43,578 bases of DNA from NCBI GenBank assembly GCA_016840165.1, contig JAEOSU010000100.1, positions 1 through 43,578 of the forward strand, given 5' to 3'. Under the pieces are notes generated by a model. The model was not told where the DNA came from. It did not search any database and saw only the letters and a list, made by a program, of their open reading frames with translations. Source of the stretch: Promethearchaeota archaeon. Its GTDB lineage: Archaea; Asgardarchaeota; Lokiarchaeia; Sigyniarchaeales; SOKP01. Made by a program: the position numbers and the translations under genes. Positions 1 to 9,804 of this stretch are shown one piece after another; within the stretch, counting starts at the first letter, position 1, and the number at the start of each line of letters is the position of its first letter.

Positions 1-607
1 CACTTTCACGTTGCTTGTCGATTCTAAATGCTTTCTCGGATACAGTTTTGCTTATTGCATCACCGGTAGATTTAAAATCGGGACGAAGTTTCATGCGCTG
101 CTGCTCACTTTCTCGTAGCTTTTCTTGCATGAAGGCTTTCTCTCCAACTAATTTTTCAATGGCTTTACCAGCGGTCTCTAAATCGGGTTTGATTTCCAAT
201 AATTGAGATTCTTGCTCTTTCTTCTTTTCCATCATAAAAGCTTTATCGCTGACAGCTTTGCTAATAGCTTCACTTATTTTTTCCTTATTTGGTTTTATTT
301 TTAATCTTTGAATATCACTTTCTCTTTTCTTATCGATAATAAAAGCTTTTTCGTCAACAGATTTGCTGATTACCTCACCAGTTTTTCGAATATCGGGCTT
401 CAAATCCATTCTTTGATAATCCTCTTCGCGTCGTTTTTCCCTTATAAATGCTTTATTTTCAATTGATTTTTCGATTATTACGCCTTTTTCTTCAATTTTA
501 GGTTTTAATGTGATTCTTTCCATATCTTTTTCTCTGAGCTTTTCTCTTTGAAAACTCTTCTTAGTTATAAGGTCAATGATTAATTCCTGACTTTGTTTAA
601 AAGCTTT
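1..607 (-). repeat. Coding tandem repeat, 105 nt / 35 aa, five complete units (first degenerate) plus a partial unit
   Basis: Units: PKIEEKGVIIEKSIENKAFIREKRREEDYQRMDLK / PDIRKTGEVISKSVDEKAFIIDKKRESDIQRLKIK / PNKEKISEAISKAVSDKAFMMEKKREQESQLLEIK / PDLETAGKAIEKLVGEKAFMQEKLRESEQQRMKLR / PDFKSTGDAISKTVSEKAFRIDKQRES..., plus a degenerate first unit at 607-503. Confidence 0.9.
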
Positions 608-745
608 TTTTCTATCCTCCTCATGTTTTTTCAAATATTCTGCTCTTTCTTCTTTTTCTTTTTTGTAAAGTTCATCAACGATTTTCTTTTCTTTCTCAAT
701 CTCCTCTGGAGTCAATGGTTTTTCATTCTCTTCCAATTTCCTCAC
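1..745 (-). CDS. Charged helical protein with 35-aa tandem repeats (3' end runs off the left edge; missing from the ORF track)
   Basis: Manual translation is open from GTG 745 (or TTG 736, preceded by GTGAGG) to the edge: MEENEKPLTPEEIEKEKK...; the K[A/S]F motif recurs every 105 nt (~555, 450, 345, 240, 135, 30). Confidence 0.9.
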   Translation of the reverse strand, partial: MRKLEENEKPLTPEEIEKEKKIVDELYKKEKEERAEYLKKHEEDRKKAFKQSQELIIDLITKKSFQREKLREKDMERITLKPKIEEKGVIIEKSIENKAFIREKRREEDYQRMDLKPDIRKTGEVISKSVDEKAFIIDKKRESDIQRLKIKPNKEKISEAISKAVSDKAFMMEKKKEQESQLLEIKPDLETAGKAIEKLVGEKAFMQEKLRESEQQRMKLRPDFKSTGDAISKTVSEKAFRIDKQRES

Positions 746-876
746 TTTTGGTAATTAAAATGATTGTTTTTAAATATAATATTAAAATTTGTATTTAATA
801 ATTTATTTATGAGTTTTGGCAATTGTTTAATAACAAATTTATTGACTATTTTAGAAAAGCCTATTTTTTATGCTAT

Positions 877-1620
877 TTATTTAATAGGAAGAGGTTTAGT
901 TAATTCGTCTGAAAAAGTATCCATTAAACTAAGTAGCGTCAATTTCATGGATAGCATTTCTAAAACTTCGATTTTAAGGATGTGATACCTTTTTGAATTA
1001 TTTGAAATGCCATATTTGGCAACTAAAAAATCATAGTATTCAATTAATTCTTCTCTACATTCCTCTTGATTTTCTAGAATAATTTCACTAGTACGTAGCC
1101 AATTATCTATATCTATTTTGATGGTTATTTCAGTATCATCATTAAGAGAATATCTGACTTCCGTTTCCTTTATTTTTTTAAGATTTTCAAGATATTTAGA
1201 ATCTTGATACATTGGTTTAAGTAATAGCCCTAAATTAATGATTAAAGGCTGAATCTGTAATCTGTCTAAGGAATCAGATAATAACCTTAATAAATGTCGC
1301 TTTTGATTTAATTGAGCATAATCAATATAATTCTGGATAAAGCGCATTAAAGAGTTTTTAATTAATAAATCATTGAAATTGCTAATATTATCGGTTTTCA
1401 TTTGAATAGTTGATTCAATGCATTCATAAACAGACTCCATAAAAAGCTCAACATCCCGAAACATTGAGAAATTACGAATGAAAAGTAATATCTTACCCAA
1501 AATTTCTATTTTTATATCCTCTAAATTAAAAAATGAGTCTATAGTTTGTGGTAATTCAAATTTGTCATCCGGAATGGATAAAAATTGTTGTATCTCTAGG
1601 TATTTTGATTTAAGACTCAT
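877..1620 (-). CDS. Hypothetical helical protein, 247 aa
   Basis: Long ORF, co-oriented with neighbours; TATA-like TTATTAA about 25 nt upstream; no recognised motif. Confidence 0.8.
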   Translation of the reverse strand: MSLKSKYLEIQQFLSIPDDKFELPQTIDSFFNLEDIKIEILGKILLFIRNFSMFRDVELFMESVYECIESTIQMKTDNISNFNDLLIKNSLMRFIQNYIDYAQLNQKRHLLRLLSDSLDRLQIQPLIINLGLLLKPMYQDSKYLENLKKIKETEVRYSLNDDTEITIKIDIDNWLRTSEIILENQEECREELIEYYDFLVAKYGISNNSKRYHILKIEVLEMLSMKLTLLSLMDTFSDELTKPLPIK

Positions 1621-1790
1621 TAATTGTTGAATTGATTCATGATCTTAATAAGACTTTTATTTTTTTAGACAAATAAGTATGATGAAAAAAATTTCTCTAT
1701 AAAGTTAAGAATCACAAATTTAAAAAATACTGGAGAATCACTTCTATAATTTATTCCATTTCAAAAACTAGAGTTTTTCTTTCTTCTTTA

Positions 1791-3128
1791 TCACAGTGGA
1801 ACCAATGCAGTACTGCCATGTTTATTAGCGATATCTATGAGATCCATTAACTCTTCGCTTGAAATTGGAATTAAATCAAAAATTGTCATACCCGCTAATT
1901 TAAGCATCGCTTTAACTGTTTCAGCAAGATTGTTACAATCTCCTGAAAAAAATACTTTTCTCTTACCAAATGCTTCCTTTAGTTTCTCACCCACTTCATT
2001 TATAGCACAATAGCCTGCTACAAGACCTTTTGTATAACCTTCTGATCTCAAATTATCTATAAGATTCTCATCGTGTCCTTTACCCATTATTAAAAACCAC
2101 CCTCCCTTGAATTTATCGGGATAATCTACGGAAAATACTTGCATTGTTACTAAAGGATTGTTCTGGCATCCTTCTATGCATAAAAGCTCTTTTCCTTTTA
2201 TAACTTTAACGTCTTTAGGGAACTCTTGTACTAAATTCCATTCATATTTCTTCTTGTATTTCCCCAAGTCTTTCCCGATTACGTTAATTTTATTTAGGTC
2301 ACCTTCACCAAGACCGCGTTCATAAGCTATTTTTAGATGTGGGACATCGTTAAGTTCTAATCCAAAAATCCTTGCTCCTACCACATCTACTGCTAGTGTA
2401 TCTCTACCTGCAATTAATATGTTAAAGGGAATTATTAATCTATCTTCCCAAGCTTTAGGTGGATAATGTCCGTGGATGGTTCCCTCGGTTCCATCTATAA
2501 GAGTGATATCGGGTTTTATTAATTCATATACTTCCACTAATTTTGAATGAAGGTTATAATTATGATCTTTGCCACGATCTGCATGTTGAGGAAAACCCCA
2601 CTGATTTTTAATCCCTAGTGTGACTCTTGCCATAGAATGAGTTTTTAACTTTGGTAAATTAATGTAAGTAAGTGAATCCTTATTTTTCATGATTTTAATG
2701 ACGGTTGCAGGCAATCTAAAAGTCTTGAGATTATATCCTTTAGGATCCTTTTGGACTGAAGGTTTTCGCTTAAACTGGTATGTTTCAGTCTCTTCTTCAT
2801 CGAGATATTTTATTTCTACTCCTAAATCCTCACAGATCTTTTTATAACCCGTAATCGCAAAAACTATCCTTGTCATGTTTGCTTGAGTTGAATTTTCCAT
2901 TACATAAACCTTTGCTCCAATCTTCTTTAAATATTCAATAACTGCTCTTAAAACCTTCGGAGAGGTATAAGAATGTTCTTTAAAATCAATTCCATTGACT
3001 TTAATATATACTTCTTTACTCTTTTTTAAAATTGGTCCCTTATTTTCAATTTCAGATAATATATGATCAACTGCTTTTTTAATACCATCATTAGTCTCTA
3101 CAATAAATACATCTGTCATTTCTCTCAC
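1791..3128 (-). CDS. DUF362-family (putative Fe-S) protein
   Basis: IKVN..., YTSPKVLRAV, INLPKLKTH..VTLGIKN, PDITLIDG, D.LAVD motifs; C-terminal Cys residues (CIEGC, GYCA, GDCNN). Confidence 0.8.
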   Translation of the reverse strand: MREMTDVFIVETNDGIKKAVDHILSEIENKGPILKKSKEVYIKVNGIDFKEHSYTSPKVLRAVIEYLKKIGAKVYVMENSTQANMTRIVFAITGYKKICEDLGVEIKYLDEEETETYQFKRKPSVQKDPKGYNLKTFRLPATVIKIMKNKDSLTYINLPKLKTHSMARVTLGIKNQWGFPQHADRGKDHNYNLHSKLVEVYELIKPDITLIDGTEGTIHGHYPPKAWEDRLIIPFNILIAGRDTLAVDVVGARIFGLELNDVPHLKIAYERGLGEGDLNKINVIGKDLGKYKKKYEWNLVQEFPKDVKVIKGKELLCIEGCQNNPLVTMQVFSVDYPDKFKGGWFLIMGKGHDENLIDNLRSEGYTKGLVAGYCAINEVGEKLKEAFGKRKVFFSGDCNNLAETVKAMLKLAGMTIFDLIPISSEELMDLIDIANKHGSTALVPL

Positions 3129-3260
3129 TTCTACATTATAAAATTTGTTATATGGTTAATTAATTTTTGAGTAAATAATCGTTTTATGTTAATATTTGGT
3201 ATTATAAAAATTACTAATATTTCAAAATGAAAAAAATTATAAATAGCTCCATATTTATTA

Positions 3261-3279
3261 AAATTGAATATTTCAATTT
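3261..3279. promoter_or_regulatory. Palindrome AAATTGAA-TAT-TTCAATTT, candidate operator in the divergent promoter region
   Basis: Perfect 8-bp inverted repeat 33-51 nt upstream of the PadR-like gene; AATATTTCAA also occurs at ~3216. Confidence 0.35.
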
Positions 3280-3311
3280 GAAAAAAATTATCTCTTAAAA
3301 ATTCTAAAATA

Positions 3312-3857
3312 ATGTGGCCAAAAGATTTCAAATTTTTTCGGGAGTTCATGGATGGTTTGAGAGCTATATTTATTTTTAACACTATCAAGAGTTATCCTGA
3401 AGGTCTTACTTATTATGATTTACAGCAATTCGGGAATATTCCACATTCTAAAATATATCGTATGATGAAGGATCTGGAAGGAAAGGGAGACTTGATCCGA
3501 AAGGATGATACTAGCAAAGAAACTGGTCGTCCTAAACATTTATATTTCTTATCAAAACAAGGAGAATTAAGGTCAAAAGAACTTCGCAAAAACATTGGAG
3601 ATATTTTTGATTTGCTAAAATTAAGATTTCCTGAGGATATCCCAGAGTTTGATCATAAAAAATTCTTAGAAGAAGCTACATTCCAAGTTTGGGCGAGCCC
3701 CGTAGAGTATGTATTGTGTAAAGATATTTCAGATCAAAAAAAATTGGAAATTTTGTCAGTAATGGAATTAGATGTTAATAACATGTTAAAGAAAATTAGA
3801 AAAGAAAAGAAAAATCTACAAAATAAGATAACTAATAATCGGGGGCAAAAATTATGA
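3312..3857 (+). CDS. PadR-like winged-helix transcriptional regulator
   Basis: GLTYYDL...SKIYRMMKDLEGKGDL...GRPKHLYFLSKQG wHTH signature; overlaps the start of the ABC gene (ATGA). Confidence 0.8.
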   Translation: MWPKDFKFFREFMDGLRAIFIFNTIKSYPEGLTYYDLQQFGNIPHSKIYRMMKDLEGKGDLIRKDDTSKETGRPKHLYFLSKQGELRSKELRKNIGDIFDLLKLRFPEDIPEFDHKKFLEEATFQVWASPVEYVLCKDISDQKKLEILSVMELDVNNMLKKIRKEKKNLQNKITNNRGQKL

Positions 3858-5587
3858 ACTCAGCACGGATGATATTCAAGTATTGGTCGAAATCTCGAAG
3901 AGATTTTATAATACAAATTATACTTCTTTCATTATCTACTATCTTTTCCACTATGGTACCAATTTTCATTGGAAGACTAGTTGGTGCAATAACTGATGCT
4001 AATAATTTGTTGATTAATTTCGGCATAATTTTGTTGTTTGCCATTTTAATTTACTTCACAAATAGAGCTGCGAGACTTAGAGGTGCCGAAGTATCCTCAA
4101 GGGCGATATATCACTTGAGGAATGATATTAGTAATGCAATATATCGCCAATCATTTTCTTATTTTGACAAAACGGAAACAGGACAGCTAATTTCGAGAGC
4201 TACGAGTGATATCGAGGAAACACAACAAATCTTTGGTATGGGTTTAATGATGGGGCTTCAATCTATACTATCTTTAATTGGAATTACCGTTGGATTTATA
4301 CTATTCAGTATAGAATTATCATTCATTTTACTGGTCGCTTATGTACTCTCAATAGGATTGTCATATTATATAGCGAAGAAACTTAAACCCATCTTTCTAG
4401 AGACAAGGCAAAGTTTTGGTGATTTGACTAACACAATTAGGGAAAATATAGTTGGAGCAGAAGTAGTTCGAATATTCAGTACTCAAGAAAAAGAACGGCA
4501 AAAATTTCTAAAAGATAATAAACGCTTCTTTCAGGCAAGTGTAAAATCTGTAAAATATTATTCACTTTACATGCCACTGATTTTTATTATTATTGGATTC
4601 ATGGTCCTTATCACTTTTTTCTTAGGAGGAATGTGGTTTATTGAAGGACGTATGGATTTACAGACAATAATAACATTACAGTCTTACATTGCTTCACTTG
4701 GGTTTCCGCTAATGATGTTGGGAAATATAATGCTTGTATATATTCAGGCTGATGCAGCACTAACTAGGGTTCGGGATGTTATCGATTCAGCACCTGAGAT
4801 AAACGACTCACCTGATGCTATTTGTATTGATTCAATAAAGGGAGACATTGAGTTCATTGATGTTTCTTTTGGATATATACCTGAAAACAGAATTTTAAAA
4901 AATATATCTTTCAAAATTCCATCCGGTAAAACTATGGCAATATTAGGTACAACAGGATCTGGTAAATCAACAATAATTAATTTGATTCCCCGATTTTATG
5001 AAGTGAATGAAGGGATGATAAAAATCGATGGGTTAAGTATTAAAAAGTACTTATTAAAGGACCTAAGAAGGAATATAGGAATAGTTTCACAAGAGACTTA
5101 CTTATTTAACAAGAGTATTGCTGATAATATTGCTTATGGTAAGGAAGACGCTTCTAAAGAGGAAATAATTAATGCCGCTAAAGTAGCTAACCTACATAAC
5201 TTTATTATGTCATTACCAGAAGGATATGATTCCATTGTTGGAGAGAGAGGCACTAGGCTTTCTGGAGGCCAAAAACAGCGTCTATCAATTGCGAGAGCGT
5301 TAATTATTAAACCAAAGATATTAATTTTTGATGATTCTACAAGCTCAGTTGATGTAGAGACAGAATTTAAAATACAGAAAGCTTTAACAGAAGTTATGAA
5401 AAATACAACCACAATCATAATCACTCAACGTATTTCTACTATTCGAAATGCAGATTTAATTTTAATACTCGACCGTGGGCGCGTGGTGGGGTATGGTAAA
5501 CATGATGAACTTATTGAATCAAACGTATTATATAAACAAATATATGAAACATTATATCAAAAACAAAAGGCTAAAATGACAGTTTAG
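3854..5587 (+). CDS. ABC exporter half-transporter (TMD+NBD), multidrug/lipid type
   Basis: N-terminal TM helices; Walker A GTTGSGKST, signature LSGGQKQR, Walker B ILIFDD (degenerate, D for E), switch Q in place of H (IITQR). Confidence 0.95.
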   Translation: MNSARMIFKYWSKSRRDFIIQIILLSLSTIFSTMVPIFIGRLVGAITDANNLLINFGIILLFAILIYFTNRAARLRGAEVSSRAIYHLRNDISNAIYRQSFSYFDKTETGQLISRATSDIEETQQIFGMGLMMGLQSILSLIGITVGFILFSIELSFILLVAYVLSIGLSYYIAKKLKPIFLETRQSFGDLTNTIRENIVGAEVVRIFSTQEKERQKFLKDNKRFFQASVKSVKYYSLYMPLIFIIIGFMVLITFFLGGMWFIEGRMDLQTIITLQSYIASLGFPLMMLGNIMLVYIQADAALTRVRDVIDSAPEINDSPDAICIDSIKGDIEFIDVSFGYIPENRILKNISFKIPSGKTMAILGTTGSGKSTIINLIPRFYEVNEGMIKIDGLSIKKYLLKDLRRNIGIVSQETYLFNKSIADNIAYGKEDASKEEIINAAKVANLHNFIMSLPEGYDSIVGERGTRLSGGQKQRLSIARALIIKPKILIFDDSTSSVDVETEFKIQKALTEVMKNTTTIIITQRISTIRNADLILILDRGRVVGYGKHDELIESNVLYKQIYETLYQKQKAKMTV

Positions 5588-5598
5588 GAGGAGTATTA

Positions 5599-8127
5599 AT
5601 GAGTAATAATCACAATAATCAAAAAAAAGAAGAACCTAAAATAGTTCAGCCAAGTGCGAGTCAAAGACCTCACTTTTTTATGGGGTCAGGAAAGTCAAAG
5701 TTAGAGCATCCTAGAAGAATGCTTTGGAGGTGGCTACTCTCTTATATTAAATCATTTAGATGGAGATTTGTCACGTTCTTTATTTTATTATTAATTGGAA
5801 CGTTGATCACATCGATTTCCCCTATTATATCAGCAAATATAATTGATTTAGGTATTGTGGCAGGTAATCCTCAGTATATTATCTATATGACTTCGTTCTA
5901 CTTCGCATTACTTCTAATTATGGCTGCAATTACTTATTATTCTACGCTAGGGATGGGTAAAGTCTCCCAACAAGTCACATACTCCATTAGGAATGATCTT
6001 TTCTTTAAACTTCAGGATATGTCTTTAAGCTATTTTGATAAGAGAGCCTCAGGAGACATTATTTCTATAACCACCAATGATGTAACACTCCTAAATCAAT
6101 TAGTTGGAGGGCAGTTTGTCCAAATAATTAATAATATAATAAGCCTAGGTCTTACAATTGCTATTATGTATATCCTTAACGTCTACTTAGCTCTTTTGTC
6201 TATGATCATCTTTCCGATATTTTTTGCTTTTACATACTTATTTAGAAAAGTAGCGATGAAGTTATTCAAAGAGTCTCGAAAAACGATTGGTAGTGTCACC
6301 TCTTCAATCCAAGAAAATGTAGCAGGAGCAAAGGTAGTTCAAGCATATGGTCAAGAAAAAAAAGCTTCAGTGGAATTTGATAGGGCTAACACTGCTAATT
6401 ATAATGCTATGTTAAAAATTAGGAAATTTATGGCAACTATCTTTCCTTTAATATCATTCGTAACCACTATAGTTACTGCTGGAGTTCTATTAGCAGGTGG
6501 ATTCGTTTATTTAGGAAATGTTTCTATTTTTGGTGTTGCTGTCACTGTAGGAGCACTTAGTGCATACGTTTCAATCTTAGGACAATTTTTTAGACCATTC
6601 ATGTTGCTTATGCAAATTCAAGAAATATTAGCATCTGCACTTGCTGCTAGTGATAGAATTTATACACTTCTAGAAGAAAAAGTAGAGATACCTGATGTTG
6701 ATAATCCTACAACAATCGATAATGTTATGGGAAGAATTAGTTTTGAAAATGTTAGTTTTGGATACATAATGGATGATAATAAGTTAATCGAACTTGGAGG
6801 TGAGAGGAAAACTCAAAAACAAAAACCTATTACTGCTGTTTCTCCACCTATAGGTGGCATGAATCCTCAATCTATGCAGAATAATCCAATGATGCAAAGA
6901 GTAATCCAATTTATTACGTCCCTTCCTGAACCATATTCTTCCTTTTTATTAAGAAATGCTATGAATATGCCTCAAAATGTAAGAATGAAACTATTTATGA
7001 GTATTATGGATAAAAATCCATCAGAAATTCCCTCTATTATCGATAATACATTCGCAGAATTTGGGTATGCAATTCCAGATACTGAAATCGCAAAAAAACA
7101 CCCTGAATACCTTACTTCCTTCAAAAAAGATGAAGCTTCTACTTCACCAAGCTTACCTCCAGAAACCATTCTACAAATGTCTAAATTCTTAGAAAATAGC
7201 TTAAGAAGTAAATCCACTTTCCAACAATCTAGTGGTGGAATGGGATCTGCAGAATCTGGAATAATGGGGAGTGGAATGCCGCAAATGTCTCCTAAAACGA
7301 TTCTAAGAATGTTAGCTAGTATGGAAATTCTTGAAGATACTTATGAACAGATTCCAAAAATAGTTAAAGACGCAATTGAAGAAGAAAAGGTTCTTATTAG
7401 TCATGAACAGTCCAAAGGTTATGTCCTTAAAAATGTAGATTTAAATATTGAAGAAGGAAAGACTATTGCAATAGTAGGAGAGACTGGGGCTGGAAAAACT
7501 ACAATCGTCAAGTTAATATCTCGGTTTTATGATTTAAATGATGGAGATATTAAAATTGATGGGGTTGATATTAGCGAAATTACTAAACGGGATTTAAGAA
7601 ATTTAATTGGATTGGTCCCTCAAGATGCTTTTCTCTTTACTGGGACAATTAAAGAAAATTTATTATATGCATTTGATTCTCCCACAAAGGAGATCGAAGA
7701 AAAAATGATTTCCGTCTCAAAATTTTTAGGTTTACATAATTTTATCGAAGCGCTTCATAAAAAATATGATACCAAATTAAAAGAAAATGCGTCTAATATT
7801 TCTATAGGACAGCGACAGCTTATTGCGTTTGCTCGAGCTTTGATTACAGATCCAAAAATATTGATATTAGACGAAGCTACAAGTTCTGTCGATCCCTATA
7901 CTGAAACCTTAATTCAAGATGCTTTAGATAAAGCTCGTAAAGGTAGAACTACTATAATAATCGCACATCGTCTATCCACAATTAAAAATGCAGATCATAT
8001 TATCGTGATTAGTGCAGATAAGAAAGGTGTTATCGAAGAAGGGACACATGATGAATTAATGAAGTTGGATGGGAAATATAAACGTCTTTTAGATATGCAA
8101 CATCGAGAGATTGAGACAGATGGGTAG
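5599..8127 (+). CDS. ABC exporter half-transporter (heterodimer partner) with a large insertion in the NBD
   Basis: GGAGGAG RBS; TMD; Walker A GETGAGKTT, ISIGQRQL, ILILDEATS, IAHRLST; ~210 extra aa between FENVSFGY and YVLKNV. Confidence 0.95.
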   Translation: MSNNHNNQKKEEPKIVQPSASQRPHFFMGSGKSKLEHPRRMLWRWLLSYIKSFRWRFVTFFILLLIGTLITSISPIISANIIDLGIVAGNPQYIIYMTSFYFALLLIMAAITYYSTLGMGKVSQQVTYSIRNDLFFKLQDMSLSYFDKRASGDIISITTNDVTLLNQLVGGQFVQIINNIISLGLTIAIMYILNVYLALLSMIIFPIFFAFTYLFRKVAMKLFKESRKTIGSVTSSIQENVAGAKVVQAYGQEKKASVEFDRANTANYNAMLKIRKFMATIFPLISFVTTIVTAGVLLAGGFVYLGNVSIFGVAVTVGALSAYVSILGQFFRPFMLLMQIQEILASALAASDRIYTLLEEKVEIPDVDNPTTIDNVMGRISFENVSFGYIMDDNKLIELGGERKTQKQKPITAVSPPIGGMNPQSMQNNPMMQRVIQFITSLPEPYSSFLLRNAMNMPQNVRMKLFMSIMDKNPSEIPSIIDNTFAEFGYAIPDTEIAKKHPEYLTSFKKDEASTSPSLPPETILQMSKFLENSLRSKSTFQQSSGGMGSAESGIMGSGMPQMSPKTILRMLASMEILEDTYEQIPKIVKDAIEEEKVLISHEQSKGYVLKNVDLNIEEGKTIAIVGETGAGKTTIVKLISRFYDLNDGDIKIDGVDISEITKRDLRNLIGLVPQDAFLFTGTIKENLLYAFDSPTKEIEEKMISVSKFLGLHNFIEALHKKYDTKLKENASNISIGQRQLIAFARALITDPKILILDEATSSVDPYTETLIQDALDKARKGRTTIIIAHRLSTIKNADHIIVISADKKGVIEEGTHDELMKLDGKYKRLLDMQHREIETDG

Positions 8128-8212
8128 TTATATAGCATCTTTCTTAATATACCAATAAATCTATATTCAATTTTTCTTTTTTAATATTAAAAATGTAATA
8201 AGGTGTGTTAAT

Positions 8213-8974
8213 TTGGTATATATAGATTATAATGGAAAGAAAATATTTTATAATCTTAAAAAATGTGATTCTAAAACGGTTGTCATTTTCCTCCATGGCT
8301 CAGGTGGAGATGCAAGTACATGGAAAAATCAATTAAATGATATAAATTCATATTCTGCTATTGCCTTAGATTTACCTTCTCATGGTAATTCCGATAGATT
8401 TGAAATGCTTTCATTAGATCTATATGTTGATATATTAAAATGCCTATTTGATTCTTTAAATTATGATCAGACTATTGTATGCGGTCATTCATTAGGTGGA
8501 GCCGTTATTCAATCATATTATTTCAAATATCCCAAGGATTTAGATGCTTTAATTCTTATGAGTACCGGAGCAAAACTTAGAGTTAGTCCCGCAATTTTGG
8601 ACTCTCTTAGAAGGGATTATGAAGAATATCTTAAATATCTAAATAATGTTGCTTTTTCCAAAAAAACAACAAATTCAATCATCCAAGAATATAAGAATAA
8701 ATCATCATTGATTGGAGCGGAGATAACCTATCAAGATTTTAAAATTTGTGATAATTTTAATTTATTCGACCAGACCAAATTAATTAAAGCACCATGCTTA
8801 ATCATTTGTGGTACAGATGATAAACTCACCCCAGTCAAATATTCACAATATTTTCACGATAATATAATAAATTCGAAATTGGAATTGATCGAAAATGGAG
8901 GTCATATGGTCATGTTGGAGAAGTCTAAAGAAGTAAATGAAGCAATAAGAAAATTTATTGAAGATTTAGATTAA
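8213..8974 (+). CDS. Alpha/beta-fold hydrolase
   Basis: FLHGSGG oxyanion loop, GHSLGG nucleophile elbow, GTDD acid, GGH catalytic His. Confidence 0.9.
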   Translation: MVYIDYNGKKIFYNLKKCDSKTVVIFLHGSGGDASTWKNQLNDINSYSAIALDLPSHGNSDRFEMLSLDLYVDILKCLFDSLNYDQTIVCGHSLGGAVIQSYYFKYPKDLDALILMSTGAKLRVSPAILDSLRRDYEEYLKYLNNVAFSKKTTNSIIQEYKNKSSLIGAEITYQDFKICDNFNLFDQTKLIKAPCLIICGTDDKLTPVKYSQYFHDNIINSKLELIENGGHMVMLEKSKEVNEAIRKFIEDLD

Positions 8975-8981
8975 AAGAATT

Positions 8982-9773
8982 ATGCCAAGAAAATATACCT
9001 ATGGACCATTTCAATCAAGAAGATTAGGCTTATCCTTAGGAGTTGATATTTTAACTAAACAAAAAACATGTACTTATGACTGTGTCTATTGTGAAATAGG
9101 TACTACATCGCTTCTGGTACCACCAACTTATGAATTAAACAATCCACCCTCTGCCCTTTATCGGAAAGAAATAAAAGAAATGATGAGATTGTTTCCAAAT
9201 TTAGATTCCATTACTTTTGGATATAATGGAGAACCGACGCTTAATTCTCATTTGGCAGATTTCTTTAAAATTACTTTAGAAGAACATTCAGAAGTAAAAT
9301 GGCTTGAAACAGAGCCTTATATTAGTTTATTTACAAATTCGAGCACTGTGCATTTAGAAAAAGTAAGAAATAGAATTAAAAATTTTGATTACGTACTAGC
9401 AAAATTAGACGTGGGTAGTGATGATGAATTCATACGAACGAACCGTCCTCATGAAAAAGTACCCAGTATTGAGACAATCATCAATTCGTTAAGTAAATTA
9501 AGACAGATGATGAAGAAAAAAAAATTTGGCATTCAAAGTTTAATTTATAATTCATACCGAAAAGATTTTTATTCAAATAATAATGAAAAGAATATAATTA
9601 ATTTAGGCAATGCTATTAAAAAAATTAAGCCCGATACAGTTCAGATATATTCTATTGCGAGAATTCCTTCCGAATATTTTGTATATGCAATTAGTGATAA
9701 ACGAAAAAAAAGTATTGTTAAGACTTTAAAAGAAATTATTAATAATGATGCTATAGAGGTAAATTATTATTAA
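8982..9773 (+). CDS. Radical SAM protein (COG0731-like)
   Basis: YGPFQSRRLGLSLGVD N-terminus, CTYDCVYC (CxxxCxxC), NGEPTL. Confidence 0.9.
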   Translation: MPRKYTYGPFQSRRLGLSLGVDILTKQKTCTYDCVYCEIGTTSLLVPPTYELNNPPSALYRKEIKEMMRLFPNLDSITFGYNGEPTLNSHLADFFKITLEEHSEVKWLETEPYISLFTNSSTVHLEKVRNRIKNFDYVLAKLDVGSDDEFIRTNRPHEKVPSIETIINSLSKLRQMMKKKKFGIQSLIYNSYRKDFYSNNNEKNIINLGNAIKKIKPDTVQIYSIARIPSEYFVYAISDKRKKSIVKTLKEIINNDAIEVNYY

Positions 9774-9804
9774 GTATAAATTCCATATTGTAATATGATC
9801 TAAG

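Noticed and set aside
1-607. CRISPR array or PPR/TPR protein
   Set aside because: The repeat is conserved at amino-acid rather than nucleotide level, has no spacers, and lacks the PPR/TPR consensus.
15-985. Plus-strand ORFs 15-206 and 764-985
   Set aside because: Antisense shadows of better-supported minus-strand genes.
3131-3388. 85-aa minus-strand ORF
   Set aside because: AT-rich divergent promoter region overlapping the padR-like start; low-complexity F/I/N/K composition.
6766-7419. Intein in the ABC NBD
   Set aside because: No N-terminal Cys/Ser block, no C-terminal His-Asn followed by C/S/T, and no LAGLIDADG motifs.
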